NCBI RefSeq assembly: GCF_001194135.2
Contig: NC_068989.1
Location: 68,325,421 to 68,376,826 of the forward strand
Reading direction: 5' to 3'
From: Octopus bimaculoides
Lineage: Eukaryota
Length of the DNA stretch: 51,406 nucleotides
Shown here: positions 24,133 through 35,895 of the stretch, piece by piece
How the letters are laid out: the number at the start of each line of letters is the position of its first letter
Numbering within the stretch: position 1 is the first letter of the stretch
Translations under genes and position numbers: made by a program
Notes under the pieces: generated by a model
Seen by the model: only the letters and a program-made list of their open reading frames with translations
What the model was told of the DNA's origin: nothing
Databases searched by the model: none

Positions 24133-26073
24133 AACGAGAAGCGACAATTGGTCGATAAGGGACCAATAGGAAAATTGAAAAATGATGAATTCGATGCAGC
24201 CTATTGGAATACCGACAGCAAAAATATGAATAAAAGACTTTCAGATTCCGTGAAAGATTTACCAATTGGAATGCACGTGCTACATAGAAAAAGAAGTTTC
24301 GACTCATTAGGTGGAGCATTTATGCCAGGTGGAAAAAGAAACTTCGACTCATTAGGTGGGGCATTTATGCCAGGTGGAAAAAGAAACTTCGATTCATTAG
24401 GTGGGGCATTTATGCCGGGTGGAAAAAGAAACTTCGACTCTTTAGGTGGAGCATTTATGCCAGGTGGAAAAAGAAACTTCGACTCTTTAGGTGGAGCTTT
24501 TCTGCCAGGTGGAAAAAGAAACTTCGACTCGTTAGGTGGGGCATTTATGCCAGGTGGAAAAAGAAACTTCGATTCATTAGGTGGGGCTTTTATGCCAGGT
24601 GGAAAAAGAAACTTCGACTCTTTAGGTGGAGCATTTATGCCAGGTGGAAAAAGAAACTTCGATTCCTTAGGTGGGGCTTTTATGCCAGGAGGAAAAAGAA
24701 ACTTCGATTCATTAGGTGGGGCATTTATGCCGGGTGGAAAAAGAAACTTCGACTCATTAGGTGGAGCTTTTATGCCAGGTGGAAAAAGAAACTTCGACTC
24801 ATTGGGTGGAGCATTTATGCCAGGAGGAAAAAGAAACTTCGATTCATTAGGTGGGGCTTTTATGCCAGGAGGAAAAAGAAACTTCGATTCACTAGGTGGG
24901 GCATTTATGCCGGGTGGAAAAAGAAACTTCGACTCATTAGGTGGGGCATTTATGCCAGGTGGAAAAAGAAACTTCGACTCATTAGGTGGAGCTTTTATGC
25001 CAGGTGGAAAAAGAAACTTCGACTCATTGGGTGGTGCATTTATGCCAGGAGGAAAACGTACTTTCGATTCCTTGGGTGGAGGAATTTTACCAATTGAAGG
25101 TAGTATTGATCTAACGAGTGGTTGCTTGGGAAAACGTTCATGCCATTCATTAAGTGGAAGACGTCTATCTGCTGGGAGCAGTGCTGATTCATCGGATGAT
25201 TCCGATGGAAAACGTTCATTTGATTCCTTAGGAGGAGCGTTTATGCCAGGTGGAAAGCGTACTTTCGATTCCTTGGGTGGTGCTTTCATGCCAGTTGGAA
25301 AGAAAAACTTTGACTCGTTAGGGGGTGCTTTTATGCCAGGTGGAAAACGTACTTTCGATTCCTTGGGTGGTGCGTTTATGCCAGGTGGAAAGAGGAACTT
25401 TGACTCTTTGGGTGGAGCTTTTATGCCAGGTGGTAAAAGAAACTTCGACTCGTTAGGTGGGGCATTTATGCCAGGTGGAAAACGTACTTTCGATTCATTA
25501 GGTGGAGCATTTATGCCCGGTGGAAAACGTACTTTCGATTCCTTGGGTGGTGCTTTTATGCCAGGTGGAAAAAGGAACTTCGACTCATTAGGTGGAGCTT
25601 TTATGCCCGGTGGTAAACGTACTTTCGATTCCTTGGGTGGTGCTTTTATGCCAGGTTCAAAGAAGAACTTTGATTCATTAGGTGGCGCTTTTATGCCAGG
25701 CGGAAAGAGACAATCTGATTCGTTAGGGGGTGGAAAGAGACAGTTTGACTCATTAGGGGGAGCATTTATGCCTGGTGGAAAGAGACAGTTTGACTCGTTA
25801 GGCGGAGCATTTATGCCTGGTGGAAAGAGACAGTTTGACTCGTTAGGCGGAGCATTTATGCCTGGTGGAAAGAGACAGTTTGACTCGTTAGGCGGAGCAT
25901 TTCTACCAAATATAAAGAGACAAGATGACAGGCCATATTTATGGCAACCATTTGACTCGTTAGGGGGAGCATTTCTACCTGGTGGAAAGAGAGACTCTGA
26001 CTCGTTAAGTGGCGCGATTTTGACAGAATCAGCTGAAAAACAAGGTAGTGGTGATTCAGACCTGAAAAACTAA
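24133..26073 (+). CDS. Terminal coding exon of a multi-copy neuropeptide precursor (FLGamide/orcokinin-B-like, FCAP-related; xFDSLGGAFMPG-amide peptides)
   Basis: Stop-free 646-codon frame with a 45-nt/15-aa repeat, each unit ending in G-K-R (amidation Gly plus dibasic site). Variation between units is mostly synonymous. The track's start at 24127 is a TTG inside a polypyrimidine tract ending TTGCAG (AG 24131-24132), so the exon starts at 24133 in phase 0. Stop TAA 26071-26073. No Met or signal peptide at its N-terminus. Confidence 0.93.
   Translation, partial: NEKRQLVDKGPIGKLKNDEFDAAYWNTDSKNMNKRLSDSVKDLPIGMHVLHRKRSFDSLGGAFMPGGKRNFDSLGGAFMPGGKRNFDSLGGAFMPGGKRNFDSLGGAFMPGGKRNFDSLGGAFLPGGKRNFDSLGGAFMPGGKRNFDSLGGAFMPGGKRNFDSLGGAFMPGGKRNFDSLGGAFMPGGKRNFDSLGGAFMPGGKRNFDSLGGAFMPGGKRNFDSLGGAFMPGGKRNFDSLGGAFMPGGKRNFDSLGGAFMPGGKRNFDSLGGAFMPGGKRNFDSLGGAFMPGGKRNFDSLGGAFMPGGKRTFDSLGGGILPIEGSIDLTSGCLGKRSCHSLSGRRLSAGSSADSSDDSDGKRSFDSLGGAFMPGGKRTFDSLGGAFMPVGKKNFDSLGGAFMPGGKRTFDSLGGAFMPGGKRNFDSLGGAFMPGGKRNFDSLGGAFMPGGKRTFDSLGGAFMPGGKRTFDSLGGAFMPGGKRNFDSLGGAFMPGGKRTFDSLGGAFMPGSKKNFDSLGGAFMPGGKRQSDSLGGGKRQFDSLGGAFMPGGKRQFDSLGGAFMPGGKRQFDSLGGAFMPGGKRQFDSLGGAFLPNIKRQDDRPYLWQPFDSLGGAFLPGGKRDSDSLSGAILTESAEKQGSGDSDLKN
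24295..25992 (+). repeat. Coding tandem repeat, 45-nt unit, in three sub-blocks
   Basis: 17 units at 24295-25059, divergent spacer 25060-25215, 11 units at 25216-25710, Q-starting block 25711-25992. Confidence 0.95.
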
Positions 26074-26085
26074 AACAGCATTATC

Positions 26086-26091
26086 AATAAA
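26086..26091 (+). promoter_or_regulatory. Candidate polyadenylation signal AATAAA
   Basis: AATAAA 12 nt after the precursor stop codon. The hexamer is common in AT-rich DNA, so its use is unproven. Confidence 0.35.
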
Positions 26092-26646
26092 TGTTGCCCT
26101 GTGGAATGGATTAACACATAATAACTTGAGGAACAGTTGATATTTACAATACTGTTTCAACGAAAATTGAAAACAAAGCCTTTCTTTATTATCCCTTCAA
26201 GAGTAGAGGAAGTTTTCTCACAATCACATACACTTACTATCAAATACATTCAGAACTTCAACTTCTGTTTTGATTTATTTACTGCTAATAATATCAACAG
26301 AAATGTAAAAGATCTACTCTTTCTAAAGATGTACTCTTAATACAACATCTCTGATAACAATTCACAACAGCTACGTCTGAATCAGCGAGAGCAATGAAAG
26401 AAAACAGTACTGTGTTTTTGGCGTTCGAAACCAGTAATGAAAGTTCGCGAAAGACTTTTGAAGTTTCTATCACTATTTTTTCCCAACACAGTTGCTTCAT
26501 TTTCCTTCATGTCCTTATTTTTAAAATTTTTTTTCTAATAAATCCTAACTGTTATTAATGGCATCGTAGTTAGTGTCTTGATCTATTTTTGTTCTGGAAT
26601 TGAAAAAAAAACCTTTTCATTAGTGAATTTCCCGTATATGTATATG

Positions 26647-26710
<64 letters not shown>
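26647..26710. repeat. (GT)n microsatellite
   Basis: Seen directly, about 570 nt downstream of the precursor stop. Confidence 0.97.
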
Positions 26711-26713
<3 letters not shown>

Positions 26714-28450
26714 TTTACTCAGACACGTTTATATGAGGCAGAACGATAATTATTAATCATAGAAGTGACATATTTAGTGTGAATCTTTTCTTATTGTTAC
26801 AAAGAAGACAGTGATCATTGTACTGTTATCGTTTGGCAAAAGAAACGGCAGAATCTCAAAGGAACTGAGTGAAAAATTCTAATCGAGAACATGTGATAGC
26901 TTTCTCGAAAGGTATATTTAATATTGGTATCTGATGCCTTCATATCACATAATTTTAACCTTTTCAAGTGTACCCAAATGTAAAGTACTACTGTGTATAA
27001 TTTACTGAAATATTAAGTCATGGGTATACAATTGAAATATATCCAGCTAAAATATCTTTCGTGTGCACCTAACAACAAAATAACTGCGCTGAAGGAAGCC
27101 AGCTAAATAAAACTTGCTGTATTAAGTTTACCGAATATTCTCGCTACTATACTGTTGCAAAACAATTATATCAATTAGATCAATGTATTGCTTTGAAATA
27201 AGATAAGATATATATTACTGGATTCAGTAATCAAAATAACCTATAGACTCTTTAAATTCATATAACAATTGTCAATAGGAGACATTGTTTTCTACTATGA
27301 CAAGAAGGAATAAATATCATTATGGTTAGTTACGATTTTTATCACTAGTTTTACTGAACGTAACCGAAGAATTAATTTTCTCCTGTAAAGTTCTTAGAGA
27401 CATTTTGTTTATGAGCAAGTATTTATATAAGTCCGATGTGAATACAGAAAGCTCACAGACAAAATTTATCAAACTTTATCGCAATTCAGACATTATAACT
27501 ATTCTACCTAGTGTGCTGAAATGAAAAAAAAATCGTACTTGCATATTTAGTCACCAATTTCTCTATTATAGACAACTTGATAAACAACAAGGTAACGTTA
27601 CTGGAAGAAATATGAAGCAATAGAATCATCATTCCTTCGTTTCAACATATTCAACATTCTCAGGCATTTGGTGTCAATATTTGCATTCATATCGTCTGCA
27701 GGTTTCATTGATTGTTTTAGTAACTGTCCTGGAAATATATTTTTAAAAAAATCTGAAATTAGGTAACCCCCAGTTTTCTTTTCCTCTGATTACTAAGCTA
27801 AGCACTTTTTGTTTTCTTCTGATGCTGTTCTCTTTTTATACAATATTTGAGTATATACTGCTAGAGTAATGGGTTATGCGGGTAAAATTTGTAACACGAA
27901 AATCAGATAAGGCACATACGAAAAGGGAATGCAATAGCAATATAGTATTTACGAAAATTGAATGCAATAGAAATAAGGTATACATGGAAATCAAAATATA
28001 TTAGAAACGTATAGTTTCATAATTAAAAGGAGTTGTTTTTTTAATATTGTTGCCTATAAAACTTACTGGTGCAACTAATGCTCAAACTTGTTCTTGTTCT
28101 CATTAACGTTCTAGCTGATATTGTGTCGAACACTCCTTTGAAACAGAAGGGGGAAAGCAGATATGTAACGCAGTTTCTATTATTGTAGAGGGGTCTGATA
28201 ATAAAACATTCAAGCTTTCTTCATGTACACAATGAAAGGAAATAGAGGGAAAATGATTTCAAAAAAGGATTAAAATCAAAATCACATTGCTCTTTCAAAT
28301 TTGAAAGTCTTCTATTATTCAGCGTTCTTCGCCACAATCGAAGTAAATACATTTAATTATATTGTTAATATTTTAGGACATTTTTCTAAGGAATTTTTAG
28401 TTACTCTCTAGTAATATTTTCCTGTTACAAATCACCATATTAGCGAAAGT

Positions 28451-28662
28451 TTTGGGTTTCAAATTTTGGCACATGGGTAGCAATTTCGGGGGAAGGGATA
28501 AAACGATTTCATCGATCCCAGTAATCAACTGGTACTTATTTTATCGACCCCGAAAGGCAAAGACGACTTCGACAGCATTTGAACTCAGAATGTAATGACG
28601 GACGAGATGCTGCTAATTATTTTGGCCGGCGTGTTAACGATTCTACCAGTTCGTCGCCTTTG
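28451..28662 (-). mobile_element. Full-length SINE family A with 11-bp TSD
   Basis: Complete reverse-complement head and body. Identical TTAGCGAAAGT at 28440-28450 and 28663-28673. Confidence 0.9.
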
Positions 28663-28779
28663 TTAGCGAAAGTATTAAAATACCTAAACTTTTACTTCTG
28701 ATTTTATTGTTAACACATCTTATGACAAATCAACTAAAAATAACACATTTATAAAATCCCATGCAGTTTTATATTTGGC

Positions 28780-28780
<1 letters not shown>

Positions 28781-28876
<96 letters not shown>

Positions 28877-28878
28877 AA
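28781..28878. repeat. (CT)n microsatellite
   Basis: Seen directly. Confidence 0.97.
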
Positions 28879-30494
28879 GCTGCATACATCTATTTAATTT
28901 GTAAGCAATAGAAATTTTAGGACTCTCTCCCTGGACACTTTTGAAAGTAATTTTCATTTGCGTAAAATACCTTTTTATTACCACTGTAATTTCGATTGAT
29001 AAAAAAATCATATCTCACTTATCAGAATCAATATTTTAGGCTGCATTTAACTCTGTGTTTTATGTGCAAAAAACAATCATTTTGGAAATTTTCTGCTAAT
29101 ATGATTTTAATTCAACTGAGCGGTGAATTATTTTCTCAGGAACAACTTATATTAGTCACTGTAAGTTAGAGGTAGCTGTGGATTGACTATACTCCGATGA
29201 AGGAACACAACTGAATGGAAACATTCCCGGGAGTTTTCTCCAACAATCTAACTCATACCTGTCTCTTACATATCTCCATCAAATTTTTGGTCAGTTGGAA
29301 CTTCTGAAATTCTCTCTCGTCCTTTTTCAAGGTATCTTTCATTAACGCTAATGTTCTCTCTTCACATTGTGGTTATTTTAATTTCACTTAATTAAACATT
29401 ACTTTTGATTTCCCCATACTAAGTAGAGTACGCGAAACTTAAAGATTATACTTTGCTGTTGGTATTGGTATCTGCCGCAGTAAAAAATAAAATCATTCTC
29501 GTGAAAATTTAAATTTCTTTATCCGAGAAAGTAACACTAAATAACTTCTATATAAAAAGAACTCTTATTCTCATTAGTGGAATGTTCTTCCAAATTTTAA
29601 TGATTCCATTTACTAAAAAAGTGTAGAGATAAGTGTAGGTAGCCATACATTATTAGTGACAATATCACATTTTAAGACAACATATTTCGTCGTAAATTAA
29701 TATAGGCTCTTGAAATAGCCTAAGAGAAAAATACTTATGGAGTGGTACTTGTAATATTTTATATCGGAGAAATATCTCAGTAAAACTTATGAGATAAAAA
29801 CACAGGGCTTCGCCCAGGAAGCTGGTTAATTAACAGACAAAATATTTCAACATTCAGGGAGATATATACCGGATACTCTGATTGAAGGCAAAAATGCATG
29901 TTCCGAAATAAAGATCTGTAAATGAGACATTTACCGACTGTACGAAAGCTAACCAGTCTTGGATTAAATTAAGACAGCTTTTCATTTAGTAGCTTGTCAG
30001 CCCAGTTGACAGAGAAGAGGTTCAACATATAATCCGAATGAATCGAATGGGCTGTCATAATCTTCAGCTGGATCTAACAAAGTCACACCTGGAATCTAAC
30101 CAAATAAACGAACTTCTACTGATGCATTTATAAGCCAACGGTATTTAATAATCTAATAATACGCTCAATCTAGTGGTTCATTTAATTACAGCTGAATACT
30201 TCAATCTGTAATGTACAAACAATATGGCTCAAGTATTTTGCTTCGCAAAAGAAGAAATGGCTACTTATGATATGCATGTATTTCCTAAAACTAGTGTAAG
30301 TAATTTTAAAATATTTTATCAAATCAAATTCCAACCGCTAGTACGATACTTCAAAGCTTACCTTTACCCTGAAACATCACGCAATTTACAGTCTTATAAC
30401 ATTTCCAATATATCTCCTTCTACACTGACGTATGCTGCAGACTGTTATTTTCTTGATATGTATCTGAATTATAGATTTATTGAAAACTATTTCT

Positions 30495-30592
30495 TGTCAT
30501 ATTAACAATTTTGTTTTAGCAATGGAGACTCTCAAATTCTGCAAACACCTAAAGTTGGCATTCGTTCCTCGAGTATACTAGTTTAAAGAAAT
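30495..30592 (+). repeat. Diverged direct copy of 22775-22887 (acceptor plus putative micro-exon)
   Basis: 7 mismatches over the first 68 nt by direct alignment, then a 15-nt indel and about 30 more alignable nt. Confidence 0.8.
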
Positions 30593-31737
30593 CGGCATAT
30601 ATTACCAAAAGAAATATTTTTAAAACTCTTTTTACCAAACATATTTTTAAAATTTTAAATCCCATACTTTTCATATTTTGAGAAAGAGCATCTGTTGCAT
30701 TTATTCATAACAAGAGCATTCTGAAATGCATATAGAAACGTCAGGACCATTTTATTTTTTAAAGAAACACATAGAAATGTTCATATTCTCTCAACCATCC
30801 GATGTAAGCCTCTAAAACATGTATGATAATATAAATATTAGCCCCAAGAGTTTATTAAAATCTGGAGTATAACTTCAGTTTCATATTATTTTAAGCAGGA
30901 TATAATTGAATCTTGTCCGAAATAGGAGTGCAGTTACAATGCTAGAAGATACGGCCAATACTTCGATAAAGTGCACTGAAGTGTGCAGAAATAAATGCAC
31001 TGTCCATTAAAAATCCGAAATGGTATTTTACCTTAAATCTTACGAGATGCAAATCCAATAATGGTTCCAGTAGACCATTTCAATTCTACTCAAATTACTA
31101 AGTATAAGAACAGTTACACATTAAATACGACTGTACGCTACTGTATATCTATATAATGTATCGTCAATCACAGGTTTAAGTTGTTTGATTTTATTTATTA
31201 AAAGTAATAAACAGACTGGACCAATAATGAAATAGATTAAATATTAGTGTTTCAAATAAGCGAGCACTGTAGTAGAAGCGAAAGAAATTCCTCGGAATGT
31301 CAAGGAGCGCGAGTAGATCTATGGAGTATCAAACTTAGTTACTGTTCTCAATTGTGTTAAATTTTATTTGCTTCATCGCTGTTTCAGGAAGAGGCAAGAA
31401 TATACCACACTGCTTCCCTCATCGTATTAATTTTCAAATGAGTGGATGTTGACTTTTGATTGCTATGATCACCAGCTACAAGTAATTGATTTTATCGCAC
31501 TTCATGAAACACTGTGCACTTAATGGTAACCAATGCAAGAATATACAGCAAATATTATTCCTTCTCTTAAATTGTCTTCTGTGGTTGGACAATGTAGGCG
31601 AAATTTATCAATGGTTTACTAATTTGATGTCACCCACATTTAAGATGCTGTGAAAGTCGTGAACGGATGGTGGGTTGGGTGATATTTACATATTTCCGGT
31701 CTGCTTCGTGACTGTACAGCTTCAACCTATAAATCAT

Positions 31738-31782
<45 letters not shown>

Positions 31783-32740
31783 NNNNNNNNNNATATATAT
31801 ACATATACATGTATTTATTGTTGAAGCAATGGACGTTACTATAAAAATTACAATTTATTATGCTATACATCGCTACTGTAGAATATACTACAGTTCATAA
31901 GAAGAAAGTATTGGTGGTGAGTATATCATTGATCATAGGTTTGCTCAGTCAAGCTTGATATGGGGCTCGGCACTAACAATACAATAATAATAAGCCATCT
32001 CACGCGAACTGAGAAGTTTGTACTCAGTGGCTCAGTTTGCAAAAAATAGGTACCAAATTCCTCCCGAATCAAACATTAGCTATTGGAATTTATATAAAAA
32101 AAAAACAAGACCTCTCAACAATTAATTCTAGGTATGTAAAATTCGGGATAGTTACGGCTGGAACGCCTTTGTTTATATGATTGGTTGATCAGAACTGGCA
32201 TAGTGCCAATCACCAGTAAAAAGACTACAATAACATAATTCTATAGGATGGTTTTATTGATGACATACAGAAGTAGAATGTTTTTTGTAGTATCTTTTCG
32301 ATCACAACTTTTCTATTAGAATTTCCTGTAAATCTACAATGATCTGTGTGTGCTGAGTTAGCGGCCACGCTTCGATTGCATTCATTTTATTTCCTATTTT
32401 ATCTCCTGTTGCCACCCAAACCAAATATTTTCCAAGTAAAATGAAAGTTAGTTAAAATACAGCTAATTCGTAAAAGAAATTTGATCACTATATAGCACTA
32501 GGCGTATAAATAATTGTAGGAAACGAATAGCGGAGGAATCTCCGACGAAAAATCTTGAAAGTAGTAATCCAATAGATCTGCCGTTTTTATCTGACGCCTA
32601 GATAAAATGAGACTAGTAAAACTGAGATTCTTCTGAACAACAAACTTGAATGATGAAGTAATTTTCAGAGGAACGGAATCGATAACTCAGACGCAATAAT
32701 TGACTGCTACCACTGCTATTTTTACTGCTGCTGCTGCTGC

Positions 32741-32796
<56 letters not shown>

Positions 32797-33500
32797 ATTG
32801 AGGGGCACTGGTGCCAGTATATTCTTCGAAGTTGAAAAGTTGATGTAGACCAAGCAACAACCCATCAATGGTTGAGAAGTTCAAGACTGAATGTAGAGAC
32901 AGAAGGTTTCATTTGGCGGCATAAGATCAAAGTCTGCTTACCAGAAACTAACAGGATAACGTTCTTCAAAACGGTTCTGACATTGAATGCAGATTCTGAG
33001 ACACATTTGACGAAACAAGAGACCATCACGTTTCGGGATGTCGTTTGCTGATACCAAACGAATACAAGAATCGCCACGGTAGGGTAGGACAGTATTTACA
33101 TTGGGAAATATCTAAACACTACAAAATCGGCACTCCTGTTTAATGATATGAACATCATCCTGAGCCAGTCGTTGAAGGTAAAAATGTCACTCTCCTCTGG
33201 GATTTTCCAGTCAACACCGACAGAACGTTCCAGTCTAATCGACCAGACATAATTATTAAAGACAGGGAAGAATATACTTGTAGACTAATCGATGTAAGTG
33301 TTCCCACTGATAGAAATGTATCTGTAAAGGAATTTGACAAATTAAGTAAATATAAGGACTTGGAAATTGAAATACAAAAGTTGTTGCATCTTAAAGATGT
33401 GGCATCTTAATATCCTGTTATTGTAGGTGCCATAGGTATGATAAGAAGGGTATGTCAGAAACATCTAGATAATATCCCAGGGAAACCATATCTCAAAGCT
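32797..33500 (+). mobile_element. Degenerate R4/Dong-type LINE 3' portion
   Basis: HQWLRSSRLNVETEGFI, EYKNRHGRVGQYLHWEI, HHPEPVVEGKNVTLLWDFPVNTDR, NRPDIIIKD, LIDVSVPTDRNVSVKEFDKLSKYKDLEIEI. Follows a (TAG)n tract. Confidence 0.88.
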
Positions 33501-33829
33501 GGCACATCCGGCGCAACATACTATCAATTCAATAATAAAACCTAAACAAAACAATCCACAAACACAACACACTCTATATAGCAAATATCCAATGAAATAA
33601 ACTACCACCAGCAAGTTAGATACACAACGCATGACACACACAACACACAATACAAACACTAGTACAACAAAAGACTGCACCACACCATGAAAAAAGAAAA
33701 AAGAAACTGACGCGCAATACAATACCAGGAAGAGTTTGCACACAACTAACAACAAAAAAGAATATACAGCCAGCAACACGGACGTTTAGAAGCTGATGCT
33801 GTAGAAATTTGCCTGAAAATACAAAATGT

Positions 33830-33992
<163 letters not shown>

Positions 33993-34306
33993 NNNNNNNN
34001 NNNNNNNNNNNNNNNNNNNNNNNNNNNNNNNNNNNNNNNNNNNNNNNNNNNNNNNNNNNNNNNNNNNNNNNNNNNNNNNNNNNNNNNNNNNNNNNNNNNN
34101 NNNNNNNNNNNNNNNNNNNNNNNNNNNNNNNNNNNNNNNNNNNNNNNNNNNNNNNNNNNNNNNNNNNNNNNNNNNNNNNNNNNNNNNNNNNNNNNNNNNN
34201 NNNNNNNNNNNNNNNNNNNNNNNNNNNNNNNNNNNNNNNNNNNNNNNNNNNNNNNNNNNNNNNNNNNNNNNNNNNNNNNNNNNNNNNNNNNNNNNNNNNN
34301 NNNNNG

Positions 34307-35335
34307 ACACAGACAGACTGTACGTACCAAGAAAAGAGGAGGAAGAGGACTTATTGGATGCGAACACAGAATTAGATGAGAAGAAAACAACATAGTATGG
34401 TATGTAAAAAGTGCTACAAAACCGCTATTATGAGAAGTAAGAAGTTCAGGCTTGTGTAGGATGAAAGATTGCAAGGATAAAGCACTATACAATAAATTGA
34501 AAACGAATGAAACTGAAAATAGGTGGGTAAAGAAAAGAATGCATGATTATATGGATGTTGAAGATCAGACAGAGAAAAAAGATGGCTGTGGATGACTAAA
34601 AGTGATTTAAAACCGGAAACGGCGACTCTAATCTGTGCTGCCCAAGAGCAAGCGCTAAGAACAAACTACATAAAATACAGAATTGACAACACTGCAGAAA
34701 GTGATAAGTGCAGAAGCTGTGGACAAATTGGTGAAACCGTATGGCATATTACCAGCCAATGTACGCCACTAGCCCAGAAGGAATATAAGAGACGACACGA
34801 CAATATAGCCAGGCTTGTCCATTGGACATTTTGCAACAGGTATGGACTTGAGAGAGCAAAAAATTGGTACGACCACAAACTTGAAGGCATCGTCGAAAAT
34901 AGAAATGTAATGATCCTATGGGATTTTATGATTCAGTGCAGCCATGAGATAGAGAGTAGGAAGCCGAGAATGAAAAAAAAAACTATGCTGGTTCATAGAT
35001 ATAGCATTCCCAGCTGACAACAAGGTATGCGATAAGGAAGAAAGAAAAGTCGATAGATATGACAGGTTAGCTTGGGAAATTAAGGAGTTGTGGTCTATGA
35101 GAAAGGTAGCAGTAGTACCAATAATTGTCGGAACCCTGGGAACAGTGAGAAAAATTCTCGAAAATTACGTGGAACAAATAGGGGCTGCAATAAGCGTGGA
35201 GCACTGGCAGAAAACTGCTTGGAACCACTCGATTTCCCCGGAAGGTGCTCGAAAATAAGAGGTATTACCTTAGTTCACTGGTAGTGAACAGCTGAAACTG
35301 TAGTACATCTCCAGCGTTAGAAGCTGTGCAAAGGC
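34307..35335 (+). mobile_element. Degenerate R4/Dong-type LINE 3' portion
   Basis: DRLYVPRKE, LKPETATLICAAQEQALRTNY, CRSCGQIGETVWHITSQC (CX2CX8HX4C), EYKRRHDNIARLVHW, VMILWDF. Ends in (AAT)n. Confidence 0.9.

Positions 35336-35895
<560 letters not shown>

Noticed and set aside
24201-25289. 362-aa antisense ORF (PPNESKFLFPPGI repeats)
   Set aside because: It is the shadow of the stop-free 45-nt coding repeat on the other strand; the sense frame has the processing signals.
24295-25992. Regular repeat array superficially like CRISPR
   Set aside because: Contiguous in-frame 45-nt units with no unique spacers, in eukaryotic context, with no cas genes.
32515-32605. AG followed by KRIAEESPTKNLESS..DLP, faintly like the start of the big exon, at roughly the offset expected for a paralog
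   Set aside because: Similarity is at chance level, there is an early stop, and no FDSLGG unit follows. A weak match between about 23299-23360 and 31323-31385 is likewise not convincing without a dot-plot.
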